Notes: generated from the letters alone by a model not told the origin. Positions 45,254 to 54,833 are shown, counted from the stretch's first letter. The stretch: 64,000 nucleotides of DNA from Patescibacteria group bacterium (GCA_004321885.1 SCQK01000004.1:22684-86683), one strand, 5' to 3'. Made by a program: numbers and translations.

Positions 45254-45268
45254 CCCGACTCAGTCGGG
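45254..45268. repeat. Short family-B hairpin CCCGACTCAGTCGGG embedded in a larger inverted repeat (GGATGTGTTC..GAACACATCC, 45228..45312)
   Basis: Nested stem-loops that also include GAGGCCTC and CTTTTCCGCGCGCGAAAAG palindromes. Confidence 0.6.
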
Positions 45269-45332
45269 ATGGCCGAGGCCTCGCGGCCGAGGAAAGTGAG
45301 AACACATCCAGACGCGTGAGTCATTACAAAAA

Positions 45333-46604
45333 CTACATCACATCGTACGCGTGCATTGTTAATTGCGCGTCTATCTGCTTGGCGGTCTCAATGGCCACGG
45401 CCACCACGATAAGCAAACTGGTGCCGCCGATAACCAAATTCTGCGTACCCATGGCGCCCTGCAAAATCAAAGGCAAAATCGCGATAAGCCCCAAAAATAG
45501 CGCGCCTATTAAATTGATCCTGTTCATAGTAGCGCCCAGATACTTCTGGGTTTCATTGCCCGGCCTGATGCCCGGAATAAAGCCGCCCTGTTTCTGTAAA
45601 TTCTCGGCTATTTTTTGCGGATGAAATATCACGGCCGTGTAAAAATACGTAAAAGCGAAGACTAACAAGAAATAAGCCAGGCCGTAAAACAACTGGTTCT
45701 GAAATAAATTGATGGTGCCGGCGGCAACGCGCGCCAGCCAGGCGGTTTTAGCGGCCGTGAAAAATTGCGCTATCATGGGCGGAAACAGCACCAATGAAAT
45801 GGCAAAGATAATCGGAATCACTCCGGCCATATTGACGCGCAAGGGCAAATGGGTGGTGTTGCCGCCGTACATGCGGTTGCCGCGCACCTGCTTGGCGTAG
45901 TTTACCGGAATATTGCGCTGGCCCTCATTGATAAATACCACCCCTACCACGGTCAGAACAGCTATCAAAACAAACAGCACAATCATGTACAAATCCGCCG
46001 AAGTGTAATTGATGAAAACATTGCGCACCGCGCCGGGCAGGCCCGACACAATGCCGGCAAAGATTAAGAGCGAAATGCCGTTGCCCACTTTTTTTTCGGA
46101 AATCAGCTCGCCCAGCCACATCAAAAACATGGTGCCGGCCGTAATGGTAAGCATGATAATGACAAAACGCGCGACATTCAGGTCGGGCAGAACCGCGGCC
46201 GAGCGGTTGAGCAATTTGATGGTGGCGTAGGATTGCAGAAACGCCAGCGGCACGGTGAGAAAACGGGTGTACATGTTTATTTTCTGCTGGCCGCTTTCGC
46301 CTTCCTTGGACATCTCTTCCAACTTGGGCACTATCATGGTGAGCAACTGAAAAATAATGGAAGCCGTGATGTAGGGCCCCACGCCCAGCATGACAATGGA
46401 AAAATTTTCCATGGTGCCGCCGGAAAAAACATTGAGCAGGCCCAGGATTTGATTGCCGGCCAAAATGCGCCGCATGGCCGCCAGGTCAACCCCGGGAATG
46501 GGGATGTGGGCGACCAGCCTGAAAATAACGAGCAGGGCCAGCACGAACAGAATCTTGTTGCGGACGTCTTTTATTTTCCAAACTTGCAGAATTTTCTCCC
46601 ACAT
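45333..46604 (-). CDS. secY: Preprotein translocase subunit SecY
   Basis: 423 aa with 10 TM helices, starting MWEKILQVWKIKDVRNKILFVLALLVIFRL. Confidence 0.9.
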   Translation of the reverse strand: MWEKILQVWKIKDVRNKILFVLALLVIFRLVAHIPIPGVDLAAMRRILAGNQILGLLNVFSGGTMENFSIVMLGVGPYITASIIFQLLTMIVPKLEEMSKEGESGQQKINMYTRFLTVPLAFLQSYATIKLLNRSAAVLPDLNVARFVIIMLTITAGTMFLMWLGELISEKKVGNGISLLIFAGIVSGLPGAVRNVFINYTSADLYMIVLFVLIAVLTVVGVVFINEGQRNIPVNYAKQVRGNRMYGGNTTHLPLRVNMAGVIPIIFAISLVLFPPMIAQFFTAAKTAWLARVAAGTINLFQNQLFYGLAYFLLVFAFTYFYTAVIFHPQKIAENLQKQGGFIPGIRPGNETQKYLGATMNRINLIGALFLGLIAILPLILQGAMGTQNLVIGGTSLLIVVAVAIETAKQIDAQLTMHAYDVM

Positions 46605-46605
46605 A

Positions 46606-47046
46606 TTATTTTACTTCTCCGCCCGCCGCCCTCACCTGCTCCACCGCCGCCTTGGTCAATCTCAATCCTTCAATCGTCAACTTCTTGGTCAATGCGCCGG
46701 TGTTCAAAATTTTGGCGGCCAGAGCGTTCTTGCTTATTATACCCTTTTCCGCCAAACTCTTCAAAGTGACTGTTTCGTTGGCGCTAAAATTTTTTTCCAA
46801 ATCGCCAAGCAAAACCTCGGCCGGCTTTACGGCCAAACTCTTGAACCCGCGCAGTTTGGGCGTGGACTGCATTTGAAATTTGAAACCCAGCAATTTCAAT
46901 CCGGCGCTGCCGCCCGAGCGGGCGGTCTGGCCCTTGCCGCCGCGGCCCGAATAATTGCCGTGTCCAGACGCGTTGCCGCGCCCCCGTTTTTTCTTGGCAT
47001 GGCGCGCGCCTTTAGCCGGCTTGATTGTATGGGGTTGTAAAATCAT
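46606..47046 (-). CDS. rplO: 50S ribosomal protein L15
   Basis: Gly/Arg-rich N-terminus (KKKRGRGNASGHGNYSGRGGKGQ). Position after rpsE. Confidence 0.85.
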   Translation of the reverse strand: MILQPHTIKPAKGARHAKKKRGRGNASGHGNYSGRGGKGQTARSGGSAGLKLLGFKFQMQSTPKLRGFKSLAVKPAEVLLGDLEKNFSANETVTLKSLAEKGIISKNALAAKILNTGALTKKLTIEGLRLTKAAVEQVRAAGGEVK

Positions 47047-47534
47047 ACTGTTTTTTGGCTTACAGGCTTAAACATCTGCAAGGCTTCAAACGTTGCTTTG
47101 GCAATCGTCACTTTATTTTTAGTCTTGCCCAAAATTTTGGAAGAGACATTGGGCACGCCGGCCAATTCCAAAATGGCGCGCACGGCCCCGCCGGCGATAA
47201 TACCCGAGCCCTTGGGCGCCGGCATCAGCAATACCGTGGCCGCTTTGAACTTGCATAAAATAGAATGCGGAATGGTTTCGTTTATAATGGGAACCGTAAT
47301 CATTGATTTTTTGGCCTTGTTGCCGGCTTTTTCCACGCCGATTTGCACGTCGCGGCCCGTGGCCAAACCCAAACCAACCCGTCCGCGGCGGTCGCCCACG
47401 ATAACGCAGGCGCGAAAACTTAAATGCTTGCCGCCCTTGGTCACGCGCGTTACGCGGCTCAAATCCAAAATATGCTGGTCCAAATCGGATTTTTCCGGCC
47501 GCTCGCCTCTTTTGCCTCTGCGCATTGGTTTCAT
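47043..47534 (-). CDS. rpsE: 30S ribosomal protein S5
   Basis: dsRBD + S5 C-terminal domain (VTKGGKHLSFRACVIVGDRRGRVGLGLATGRDV). Its stop overlaps the rplO start, so no L30 gene lies between. Confidence 0.9.
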   Translation of the reverse strand: MKPMRRGKRGERPEKSDLDQHILDLSRVTRVTKGGKHLSFRACVIVGDRRGRVGLGLATGRDVQIGVEKAGNKAKKSMITVPIINETIPHSILCKFKAATVLLMPAPKGSGIIAGGAVRAILELAGVPNVSSKILGKTKNKVTIAKATFEALQMFKPVSQKTV

Positions 47535-47552
47535 ATATTTTCCTTAGTTTTT

Positions 47553-47585
47553 CCTCCCCTTTTAGGGGAGGGACAGGGTGGGGTA
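47553..47585. repeat. Family-A element between rplR and rpsE
   Basis: CCTCCCCTTTTAGGGGAGGGACAGGGTGGGGTA. Confidence 0.75.
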
Positions 47586-47587
47586 GA

Positions 47588-47962
47588 TTAAAATTGCAAG
47601 CCGCCGGCCCTGGCGCCTTCAGCCAAGGCTTTGACGCGGCCGTGGTACTTGTATCCGCCGCGGTCAAAAACTATTTTGACTATATTTTTCTTCTGCGCTT
47701 TTTCGGCCAATAATTTTCCCGTCAAAAAACTCTGCGCCGCTTTGCCGCCATATCCTTCGGCTTTTTTCTCCTTGATTTGCGAGCCGTCGGCCGCGCACAG
47801 GGTCTGGCCCTTGTCGTCATCTATCAGCTGGGCGGAAATTTTTTTCAAACTGCGGAAAACCGAAAGCCGCGGCGTTTGGGCCGTGCCTTTAACATCGGCG
47901 CGCACGCGGCTGTGGCGCGCTTGCCTTAATTTATTTTTTGTGGGATTGAATAATCTTTTCAT
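47588..47962 (-). CDS. rplR: 50S ribosomal protein L18
   Basis: 124 aa; ..RHSRVRADVKGTAQTPRLSVFRSLKKISAQLIDD.. matches the L18 family. Confidence 0.85.
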   Translation of the reverse strand: MKRLFNPTKNKLRQARHSRVRADVKGTAQTPRLSVFRSLKKISAQLIDDDKGQTLCAADGSQIKEKKAEGYGGKAAQSFLTGKLLAEKAQKKNIVKIVFDRGGYKYHGRVKALAEGARAGGLQF

Positions 47963-47966
47963 ATTC

Positions 47967-47979
47967 TAAGGGGGAGGGC
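47967..47979. repeat. Half family-A element (TAAGGGGGAGGGC) between rplF and rplR
   Basis: Only the right arm is present. Confidence 0.4.
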
Positions 47980-47983
47980 AATG

Positions 47984-48535
47984 CTACGCGGCGGCCGTGC
48001 CCTTGGCCGCGGTCTTGCCGGCTTTGCGCCGCACAATTTCGCCGACATACCTGATGCCCTTGCCCTTGTACGGCTCGGGTTTGCGCACCGCGCGCACGCG
48101 CGCGGCCATTTCGCCCACGGCCTGCTTGTCGGCGCCTTCAACCGTAATAATATTTTTTTCCACTCTGAATTTAATTCCCTTCTCGGGCTTGATTTCCACT
48201 GGATGCGAAAAACCCACCTCCAACGCCAAGTCCTCGCCTTTCATGGCGGCTTTATAACCCACGCCGCTGATTTCCATTTGTTTGCTAAACCCCTCGGTTA
48301 CGCCTTTGAGCATATTGCCGATAAGCGCGGAAAAAGTGCCCCACAAAGCGCGAGCCTGCTTGTCTGCCCCGCCGGTCTCAACACTAACCGCGCCGTCTTT
48401 TACGACAATACTTATCCGCGGATGCAACTTTTGCTTCAATTCTCCCTTGGGGCCTTTCACGCTCACTTCGCCCGCGGTCACGTTTACTGTCACCCCGGCC
48501 GGAATTGTTCTAATTTTTTTTCCAATTCTTGACAT
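47984..48535 (-). CDS. rplF: 50S ribosomal protein L6
   Basis: MSRIGKKIRTIPAGVTVNV..; two L6 repeats. The start is refined to MSRIGKK. Confidence 0.9.
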   Translation of the reverse strand: MSRIGKKIRTIPAGVTVNVTAGEVSVKGPKGELKQKLHPRISIVVKDGAVSVETGGADKQARALWGTFSALIGNMLKGVTEGFSKQMEISGVGYKAAMKGEDLALEVGFSHPVEIKPEKGIKFRVEKNIITVEGADKQAVGEMAARVRAVRKPEPYKGKGIRYVGEIVRRKAGKTAAKGTAAA

Positions 48536-48540
48536 AAATT

Positions 48541-48930
48541 TTAATACACTTCGCAAATCACTTCTCCGCCCACTTTGCCTTGGCGCGCTTCTTTGTCGGT
48601 GAGAAGTCCCTTAGGCGTGGAAAGAATCGCCAAACCAAAGCCTTCCAAAACCGGTTTTATCTCATCTTTTTTGATGTACTGGCGCTGGCCGGGCCGGCTC
48701 ACTCTTTTGATGCTGGAAATAGCCGGCTGGCTGTTGTTGTACTTCAAAACCAACACGATAAAAGGATGCTTCTCTTTTTTCTCTTCGGCTTTCTGCAGGT
48801 AGCCGTGCTTTACCAAAAGCTCCGCGATATTCATCTTGAGTCTGGAAAACGGCACAACGACTTCTTTCTTTTTTGCCATGCTCGCGTTGCGGATTCTGGT
48901 TAACATGTCGGCGATTGGGTCGGTCATCAT
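48541..48930 (-). CDS. rpsH: 30S ribosomal protein S8
   Basis: MMTDPIADMLTRIRNA.. S8 signature. Confidence 0.9.
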   Translation of the reverse strand: MMTDPIADMLTRIRNASMAKKKEVVVPFSRLKMNIAELLVKHGYLQKAEEKKEKHPFIVLVLKYNNSQPAISSIKRVSRPGQRQYIKKDEIKPVLEGFGLAILSTPKGLLTDKEARQGKVGGEVICEVY

Positions 48931-48956
48931 AGATATTGAAAAACTTGAAAATTTAT

Positions 48957-49142
48957 TTACCAGCTTGATTTTTTAATGCCTGGAATTTTGCCCTGATTGG
49001 CCAGCTCGCGGAAACAAATTCGGCACAAACCGAACTTGCCCATATATCCCCGCACGCGGCCGCACTTCCAACAGCGCCGGACAACGCGGGTGGAAAACTT
49101 GGGTTTTCTGTTTGATTTGGCGATTTGCGACTGGGTGGCCAT
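48957..49142 (-). CDS. rpsZ: 30S ribosomal protein S14, zinc-binding type Z
   Basis: 61 aa with [20 protein letters not shown] (C4 zinc ribbon). Confidence 0.9.
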   Translation of the reverse strand: MATQSQIAKSNRKPKFSTRVVRRCWKCGRVRGYMGKFGLCRICFRELANQGKIPGIKKSSW

Positions 49143-49175
49143 AAAAAATCAAAATTCAAAAATCAAAATGTAAAA

Positions 49176-49733
49176 TTACTTTACGAACGGAAAGCCAAGT
49201 GATATTAAAAGCGCTTTGCCCTGCTCTTTGTTTTTGGCGCTGGTCGCGACAGTAATTTCCAGGCCGTGCATCTTGTCTACTTCTTCGGCGCGCACCTCGG
49301 GAAAAGCCAAATTTTCCTTAAAACCCAGGGTGAAATTTCCATGCGCGTCAAAACCCTTGTCCGACAGACCGCGAAAGTCGCGCACCCGCGGCAGGGTGAT
49401 ATTGACCAACTTCTCCAAAAAATAATACATGCGCGGACCGCGCAGGGTGGCCTTGGCGCCGATGGCCATGCCTTCGCGTATCTTAAAATTGGATATTGAT
49501 TTTTTGGCTTTGGTGAGCACCGGTTTCTGGCCCGTAATTTTGGCGATGGTGGCGGCCACGTTTTCGGCAAAATGCGGCTCTTTCACAAAGCGGCCAAAGC
49601 CGGAATTAACAACCACCTTTGTTGCTTTGGGCGCTTGCATCGGATTCTTGAAGCCGAATTGCTTCATCAAAGCGGGCCGGGCGGTTTTGTTATATTTTTC
49701 CAACAAATTGATTTTCATAATTTCAACATTCAC
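49176..49733 (-). CDS. rplE: 50S ribosomal protein L5
   Basis: ..LEKYNK..RPALMKQFGFKNPMQAPKATKVVVNSG.. L5 family. The start could be the internal MKINLLEKY. Confidence 0.85.
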   Translation of the reverse strand: MNVEIMKINLLEKYNKTARPALMKQFGFKNPMQAPKATKVVVNSGFGRFVKEPHFAENVAATIAKITGQKPVLTKAKKSISNFKIREGMAIGAKATLRGPRMYYFLEKLVNITLPRVRDFRGLSDKGFDAHGNFTLGFKENLAFPEVRAEEVDKMHGLEITVATSAKNKEQGKALLISLGFPFVK

Positions 49734-49788
49734 GATTCATGGAATAACATACAAATTGTATTTTTCTCCATGAATATTGTATTTTGTA

Positions 49789-50097
49789 TCAATCAATAGC
49801 ATCGTTGCATTTTTTGCATCGCCTTTTTTTCTCTCCAGCTTCCAGCTTAAATCCCACCCGGGTTTCCTTGCCGCACTTGGGGCAAATCAACATTACGTTG
49901 CTAACTTGCACCGGACCGGCCAAAGAAATCTTCTGGCCCTTTTCGCCGGACTTGCGGGCGCGCACGTGCTTGGTCATCATATTGGCGCCTTCCACCACTA
50001 CCTTGCCCTCGGCCGGGAAAGTCTGAACGACCTTGCCTTCTTTGCCCCGATCTTTGCCGGCGATTAATCTTACTTTGTCATTGGTTTTTATTTTCAT
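49789..50097 (-). CDS. rplX: 50S ribosomal protein L24 with a C-terminal Cys4 zinc-ribbon extension
   Basis: KOW motif [23 protein letters not shown]. The C-terminal CPKCGK..CKKC is absent from typical bacterial L24. Confidence 0.85.
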   Translation of the reverse strand: MKIKTNDKVRLIAGKDRGKEGKVVQTFPAEGKVVVEGANMMTKHVRARKSGEKGQKISLAGPVQVSNVMLICPKCGKETRVGFKLEAGEKKRRCKKCNDAID

Positions 50098-50465
50098 AAG
50101 ACTTCGGGAGCGAGCGAAATTATTTTTTGAAATCCCTTGGCGCGCAATTCGCGGGCCACCGGACCCAAAATGCGCGTGCCCTTCGGCTCTCTGCTTTTCC
50201 GGTCCACAATCACGGCCGCGTTGTCGTCAAATCTGATATACGTGCCGTCGTCGCGGCGATATTCTTTCCTCTGGCGCACGATAACCGCGTGCACCACCTC
50301 GCTCTTTTTCACCAGCCCGCGGGGGGCCGCTTCTTTGACGGCGCAAGTAACAATATCGCCCAGGCGGGCATAGCGCTTTTTGTAGCCGTCAAGCACGCGA
50401 ATGCACTGAATTTTTTTCGCTCCAGTATTGTCCGCCACTTCTAACATTGAACGATGCTGTATCAT
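50094..50465 (-). CDS. rplN: 50S ribosomal protein L14
   Basis: [27 protein letters not shown].. The start is refined to MIQ (ATG 50465); the ORF-track upstream extension is not L14-like. Confidence 0.9.
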   Translation of the reverse strand: MIQHRSMLEVADNTGAKKIQCIRVLDGYKKRYARLGDIVTCAVKEAAPRGLVKKSEVVHAVIVRQRKEYRRDDGTYIRFDDNAAVIVDRKSREPKGTRILGPVARELRAKGFQKIISLAPEVL

Positions 50466-50467
50466 AA

Positions 50468-50728
50468 TTATGCTTGATTCTTGTTCAAAATTTCCACCAA
50501 TCTCCATCTCTTGGTTTTGGAGAGCGGCCGGCATTCCGCGAATTTCACTTCATCTCCGGGCCGGGCCGCTGTTTTTTCGTCGTGAATATAATACTTCCGA
50601 CTTACTTTATAGCGCTTGCCGTATTTGACGTTCATCTTCATGTTGTCAACCACAACCACAGCCGTCTTGTTCATGTTCGCGGAAACCACTTTGCCGATAA
50701 ATTCCCTTTTTACAACGGTTTTTTGCAT
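50468..50728 (-). CDS. rpsQ: 30S ribosomal protein S17
   Basis: 86 aa, OB fold, ..[40 protein letters not shown].. Confidence 0.9.
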   Translation of the reverse strand: MQKTVVKREFIGKVVSANMNKTAVVVVDNMKMNVKYGKRYKVSRKYYIHDEKTAARPGDEVKFAECRPLSKTKRWRLVEILNKNQA

Positions 50729-50898
50729 AAAAGCATGTTAATTCTGGCCGCTGTTTTCTTCAGCTCGCCGATTTTGTGTACCTGCTTTAACTGGCGGGCC
50801 CGCGCCAAGGTGCGCGATTCATGCAGTTCGCGCCGGGTCTGCGCCAACAGCTCTTTCAATTCGCTTTCGCCTTTGTTTTTTAGTTCAGCCCAATCCAT
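50710..50898 (-). CDS. rpmC: 50S ribosomal protein L29
   Basis: 62 aa, helical ..LKELLAQTRRELHESRT.. Overlaps the rpsQ start by 19 nt. Confidence 0.85.
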   Translation of the reverse strand: MDWAELKNKGESELKELLAQTRRELHESRTLARARQLKQVHKIGELKKTAARINMLLCKKPL

Positions 50899-50902
50899 AC
50901 TA

Positions 50903-51313
50903 TTATTTTGTCACAAATTTAGTTTTCACGGACATTTTGTACGCGCAATCCTCTATGGCTTCTTTGGCCGCCTCCAATTTTATGCCGCCCATTTCAAACA
51001 GCATCGTGCCCGGCTTGACCACGACCACGTAATGGTCCGGGGAACCCTTGCCCCCGCCCATGGGCGTTTCGTTGCCTTTTTTGGTAACCGGCTTATCCGG
51101 AAAAACCCGTATCCAAATCTTGCCGCCCTTGCGCACATAGCGGGTGAGCACGCGCCGGGCCGCTTCTATCTGGCGGCTGGAAATCCAGCCGTGCTCCAGG
51201 CTCTTCATGCCGAATTCGCCAAAAGACAAGCGGTTGGTTCGGGTGGCCACGCCCAGCCCCCTTTTTCTGCCCTTATGCCATTTTCTGTGTAAAACCTTTT
51301 TTGGCATCAACAT
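50903..51313 (-). CDS. rplP: 50S ribosomal protein L16
   Basis: [19 protein letters not shown].. Confidence 0.9.
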   Translation of the reverse strand: MLMPKKVLHRKWHKGRKRGLGVATRTNRLSFGEFGMKSLEHGWISSRQIEAARRVLTRYVRKGGKIWIRVFPDKPVTKKGNETPMGGGKGSPDHYVVVVKPGTMLFEMGGIKLEAAKEAIEDCAYKMSVKTKFVTK

Positions 51314-51318
51314 ATTGA

Positions 51319-51996
51319 TTATTGCTTCTTCGCCTCGGTTTGAGAAAATTTATCTCTCCGGCCAAAGGCCTCGCCGCGATAAATCCAAACCTTGACGCCG
51401 ATTTTTCCGTAAAGGGTATGCGCCTCGGCGAAGGCAAAGTCAACATCGCTGCGCAAAGTGATGAGCGACATCTTGCCGGCCGACAATTTTTCAGTGCGCG
51501 CGATTTCCACGCCGTTCAGTCTGCCGCCCAAAGAAATCTTCACCCCTTGGGCGCCCGCGCTCATCACCCGTTCAATGCTTTGCTTCATCACGCGCCGAAA
51601 CGGAATGCGCCTTTCTATTTCCGCGGCAATGCCCGCGGCCACAATAGTCGCCGACAAAGCCGGCTGGCGCACTTCGCGCACGTCTAATTTAACTTTCAAC
51701 CTAAACTGCAAAATTTCTCTTTCAATCTGCTTGCGAATGGCTTCCAAACCCTGGCCGCCGCGGCCCACGATAAAACCGGGCTTGGCCGCCAGCACGATAA
51801 TGGACAATTCCTTGTCATTGCGCTCAATGCTAAAGGCATCCACCCCCGCGTCTTTTAGTTTTTGCGCCAGCAAATTTCTAATCGCCACTTCCTGCTTTAA
51901 ATACAAGGGCATCTGCCCTTTTCTGGCAAACCATTTTGAATCCCAAAAATAAATGGTGGGAATGCGGTGAATTTTCGGATGGACTTTATGACCCAT
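51319..51996 (-). CDS. rpsC: 30S ribosomal protein S3
   Basis: [14 protein letters not shown].., KH domain + S3 C-terminal domain. Confidence 0.9.
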   Translation of the reverse strand: MGHKVHPKIHRIPTIYFWDSKWFARKGQMPLYLKQEVAIRNLLAQKLKDAGVDAFSIERNDKELSIIVLAAKPGFIVGRGGQGLEAIRKQIEREILQFRLKVKLDVREVRQPALSATIVAAGIAAEIERRIPFRRVMKQSIERVMSAGAQGVKISLGGRLNGVEIARTEKLSAGKMSLITLRSDVDFAFAEAHTLYGKIGVKVWIYRGEAFGRRDKFSQTEAKKQ

Positions 51997-52009
51997 AAAC
52001 TAAACGAGT

Positions 52010-52104
52010 GAGGAAATGAATTAATTCATTTCCGAGCGAATGAGTTTATATCCGCAGATATAATTTAAAATTTCCAATTTACAATTACCAATTTCCAATT
52101 ATTG
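52010..52104. repeat. AT-rich composite repeat between rplV and rpsC: a GAGTGA-family element (perfect palindromes GGAAATGAATTAATTCATTTCC and TATATCCGCAGATATA) followed by a CCAAT-word block
   Basis: GAGTGA-GGAAATGAATTAATTCATTTCC-GAGCGAATGAGT-TTATATCCGCAGATATAATT + AAAATTTCCAATTTACAATTACCAATTTCCAATT. Confidence 0.7.
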
Positions 52105-52108
52105 AAAA

Positions 52109-52477
52109 TTATTTTTTCTTAATATCCTTTTTTTTATTTTCTATCTCAGACAAAACCAAATTAATATGCGACGTCCTCTCCCTTACCGGCGTGGCGCGGC
52201 CATGGGCCTTGGGCATGTATCTTTTCAGCGCCGCGCCGCCGTCAACGGTCAATTTGGCGATACGCAAATTTTCCGGCTCAAGCGAGTGATTGTGTTTGGC
52301 GTTGGCCAAAGCGGATTTTAATAATTTCAAAACCGGATGCGCCGCCCGCTTGTTCAGCAGAGACAGTATTTCCACCGCTTGCAAAGCGCGGCGACCGCGA
52401 ATAGCATCGGCCACCAGCCGCACCTTGCGCGGACCGATTCTTAAATATTTAAGTTTTGCTGTCGCTGTGGTAGGCAT
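52109..52477 (-). CDS. rplV: 50S ribosomal protein L22
   Basis: ..AKLKYLRIGPRKVRLVADAIRGRRALQAVEIL.. Confidence 0.9.
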   Translation of the reverse strand: MPTTATAKLKYLRIGPRKVRLVADAIRGRRALQAVEILSLLNKRAAHPVLKLLKSALANAKHNHSLEPENLRIAKLTVDGGAALKRYMPKAHGRATPVRERTSHINLVLSEIENKKKDIKKK

Positions 52478-52480
52478 AAA

Positions 52481-52834
52481 TTATTTTTTCGGGCCTGCTT
52501 TCGCCGGCGCGCCTTTGACCGGCGCCCCGGCAGAAGCGCCCGCTTCCGCGGCCGCGGTTTCCTGTTCCTTGGCCATCTTGCCGCCATGCCTGACAAACTT
52601 TCTGGTCGGAGCAAACTCTCCCAAACGATGGCCGACCATGTTTTCTTCCGCGAACACTGTTAAAAAATCCTTGCCGTTGTGCACCAAAAAAGTAACGCCC
52701 ACCATTTCCGGAGAAATAACGCAGGCACGCGACCAGGTTTTAATGGGCGCCCGGCTCTTGATTTGTTTGGCTTTTATGACCTTGGCGAGCACGCGCTCGT
52801 CCACGTAAGGTCCTTTTTTTAAACTGCGGGACAT
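52481..52834 (-). CDS. rpsS: 30S ribosomal protein S19 with a C-terminal Ala/Lys-rich extension
   Basis: [27 protein letters not shown]... The start is refined to [12 protein letters not shown]. Confidence 0.85.
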   Translation of the reverse strand: MSRSLKKGPYVDERVLAKVIKAKQIKSRAPIKTWSRACVISPEMVGVTFLVHNGKDFLTVFAEENMVGHRLGEFAPTRKFVRHGGKMAKEQETAAAEAGASAGAPVKGAPAKAGPKK

Positions 52835-52835
52835 A

Positions 52836-53684
52836 TTATTGCTTGGTTTTTGCTTTTCTTGATTGAACCACAAACTTGTCACTCCACTTGCCCGGCTTTC
52901 TGGTCTTCACCCCCATGGCGGTTTTGCCGTAAACCGTCTGCGGACCGCGCTTCTGGCCGATGGGGCTATGCCCCTCGCCGCCGCCGTGCGGATGGTCAAC
53001 CGGATTCATATTTTTACCCTTCACTGTCGGACGAATTCCGCGTCGGCGCACACGGCCGGCCTTGCCCCAGCGAATAAGGCGCCTATCGGCATTGCCCAAT
53101 GCGCCCACCGTAGCCGCGCATCCCTTCAAAACTTTTCTAATCTCGCCCGAGGGCAATTTGATTAGGGCGTAGTTGCCATCCAGGCCCGCCAACTGAGCCG
53201 ACAAGCCCGCGCCGCGCACCAGCTGGCCGCCCTTGCCCGGCGTCGCTTCTATATTATGAATAAATGAACCGGCTTGAATGAATTCCACAGGCATGTGATT
53301 GCCCGGTTTTACTTCAATGGCTTTATCCGCCGACAGCACCCTGTCGCCCACTTTTAATCCCTCGGGGCACAAAATATATGCTCTCTGCCCATCGCTGTAT
53401 TGCAGTAAAGCCAGACGCGGACCGCGATTCGGGTCGTATTCAATGGCGATTACTTGCGCCTCGGCGCCAAATTTTTGCCTTTTGAAATCAACAATCCGGT
53501 AAAACTTTTTCACGCCGCCGCCCTGATGCCGGACAGTTATAACCCCCTGATTATTACGACCCGATTTGGAACGCAAATAAACCACCAGCGATTTCTCGGG
53601 TTTGTGCTTGGTAATGTCGGCGAACGCAACCACGCTGGATTGTCTGCGCCCGGGACTGGTTGGATTGTATTTATTAATCGGCAT
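52836..53684 (-). CDS. rplB: 50S ribosomal protein L2
   Basis: 282 aa; ..[26 protein letters not shown].. and the C-terminal ..HPHGGGEG.. Confidence 0.9.
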   Translation of the reverse strand: MPINKYNPTSPGRRQSSVVAFADITKHKPEKSLVVYLRSKSGRNNQGVITVRHQGGGVKKFYRIVDFKRQKFGAEAQVIAIEYDPNRGPRLALLQYSDGQRAYILCPEGLKVGDRVLSADKAIEVKPGNHMPVEFIQAGSFIHNIEATPGKGGQLVRGAGLSAQLAGLDGNYALIKLPSGEIRKVLKGCAATVGALGNADRRLIRWGKAGRVRRRGIRPTVKGKNMNPVDHPHGGGEGHSPIGQKRGPQTVYGKTAMGVKTRKPGKWSDKFVVQSRKAKTKQ

Positions 53685-53686
53685 AT

Positions 53687-54130
53687 CTACACGCCTTTAT
53701 GCAAAGTTAATGTTTCCCCCGGCGGCAAAGCGACAACCGCTTTTTTGTAATCAGAGCGGCGGCCTGCTCTGCGGCCAAATCTGACCGTGCGCCCCATAAT
53801 ATTGGCCGTCCTTACTTTCAGGGGAGAAACGTCGTATAATTCTTGAATCGCTTTTGTTATTTCGTCTTTGCCAGCCCAGCCCGCCACCACAAAACTGTAT
53901 TTGTTTTGGCTTTCATGAACGGCGCTCTTTTCGCTGACCAGGGGATGCAAAATAATCTGATATGATTTGGCGGAAACATTCTTGCCGCCTTGGCCGCTCA
54001 AAACAACCGGCGCTGATTTTGGCTGCGCTGCTTTAGCCGGTTCAGCTTTCTTTTCATCCGCTTTTTTTTCGGTCACCTGTTCAAGCTGTTGCTTTTTCTT
54101 TTTTTTGAACCAATTTCCCAATAAACCCAT
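53687..54130 (-). CDS. rplW: 50S ribosomal protein L23 with a Lys/Ala-rich N-terminal extension
   Basis: C-terminal ..[55 protein letters not shown].. L23 core. Confidence 0.8.
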   Translation of the reverse strand: MGLLGNWFKKKKKQQLEQVTEKKADEKKAEPAKAAQPKSAPVVLSGQGGKNVSAKSYQIILHPLVSEKSAVHESQNKYSFVVAGWAGKDEITKAIQELYDVSPLKVRTANIMGRTVRFGRRAGRRSDYKKAVVALPPGETLTLHKGV

Positions 54131-54182
54131 ACGAACTTATTAGCTGGCGGGTTTGAGTTTTTTCGAGCCCGCCGGCTAACAT

Positions 54183-54818
54183 TTATTTCAAAATATTCTC
54201 CAATTTCTTCAATCCGTCTTTGCCGGCCAAAACCAAACCAACATTTAAAATATCCAGCGCGCTTACGTCCTCGGCGCGCATTGTTTTTACTTTTTGCAAA
54301 TTATTGGTCGCGCGCAAAAGATTTTCATCCTTGCCGTCGGCCAGCACCAAAACTTTCTTTGTCGGAAGCGGCAAAACTTTCAAGAATTTGGCAAACAACT
54401 TTGTTTTCGGTTCGGCAAAATTAAAACTTTCCACCGCCAACAAAACGCCGGCGCCGGCGCGGTCGCTTAAAAGCATTTTCAAAGCCAGACGGCGCGTCTT
54501 TTTATTGATTTTGGTTTTGTAATTTCTTTCGGTTTTGGGGCCAAAAACCACGCCGCCGCCCTTCCAGATGGGCGAGCGAATAGAGCCGTGGCGCGCGCGG
54601 CCAGTGCCCTTCTGTTGCCAGGGTTTTTTGCCGCCGCCAGCCACCTCGCCCTTGCCCTTAGTATCGGCCCAGGGTTCGCGCTGATTGTTGGCCATGGCTA
54701 CGGCCACTTCATGCACTACTGACGGTTTAATCTTTACTCCAAAAACAGCGTCTGATAATTCCAGCTCGCCGATTTCTTTTCCTTCCAGATTGTACATTTT
54801 TACTTTCATAAATCCCAC
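54183..54818 (-). CDS. rplD: 50S ribosomal protein L4
   Basis: 211 aa; ..GGGKKPWQQKGTGRARHGSIRSPIWKGGGVVFGP.. Confidence 0.9.
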   Translation of the reverse strand: MGFMKVKMYNLEGKEIGELELSDAVFGVKIKPSVVHEVAVAMANNQREPWADTKGKGEVAGGGKKPWQQKGTGRARHGSIRSPIWKGGGVVFGPKTERNYKTKINKKTRRLALKMLLSDRAGAGVLLAVESFNFAEPKTKLFAKFLKVLPLPTKKVLVLADGKDENLLRATNNLQKVKTMRAEDVSALDILNVGLVLAGKDGLKKLENILK

Positions 54819-54833
54819 AGCCGCGCAAATCGC

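Noticed and set aside
44918-45319. ORF 44918..45319 (+), 133 aa
   Set aside because: It spans the terminator, an AT-rich spacer and family-B hairpins, and its translation is a read-through of the repeats (..APQPRLSRGLWSQ..).
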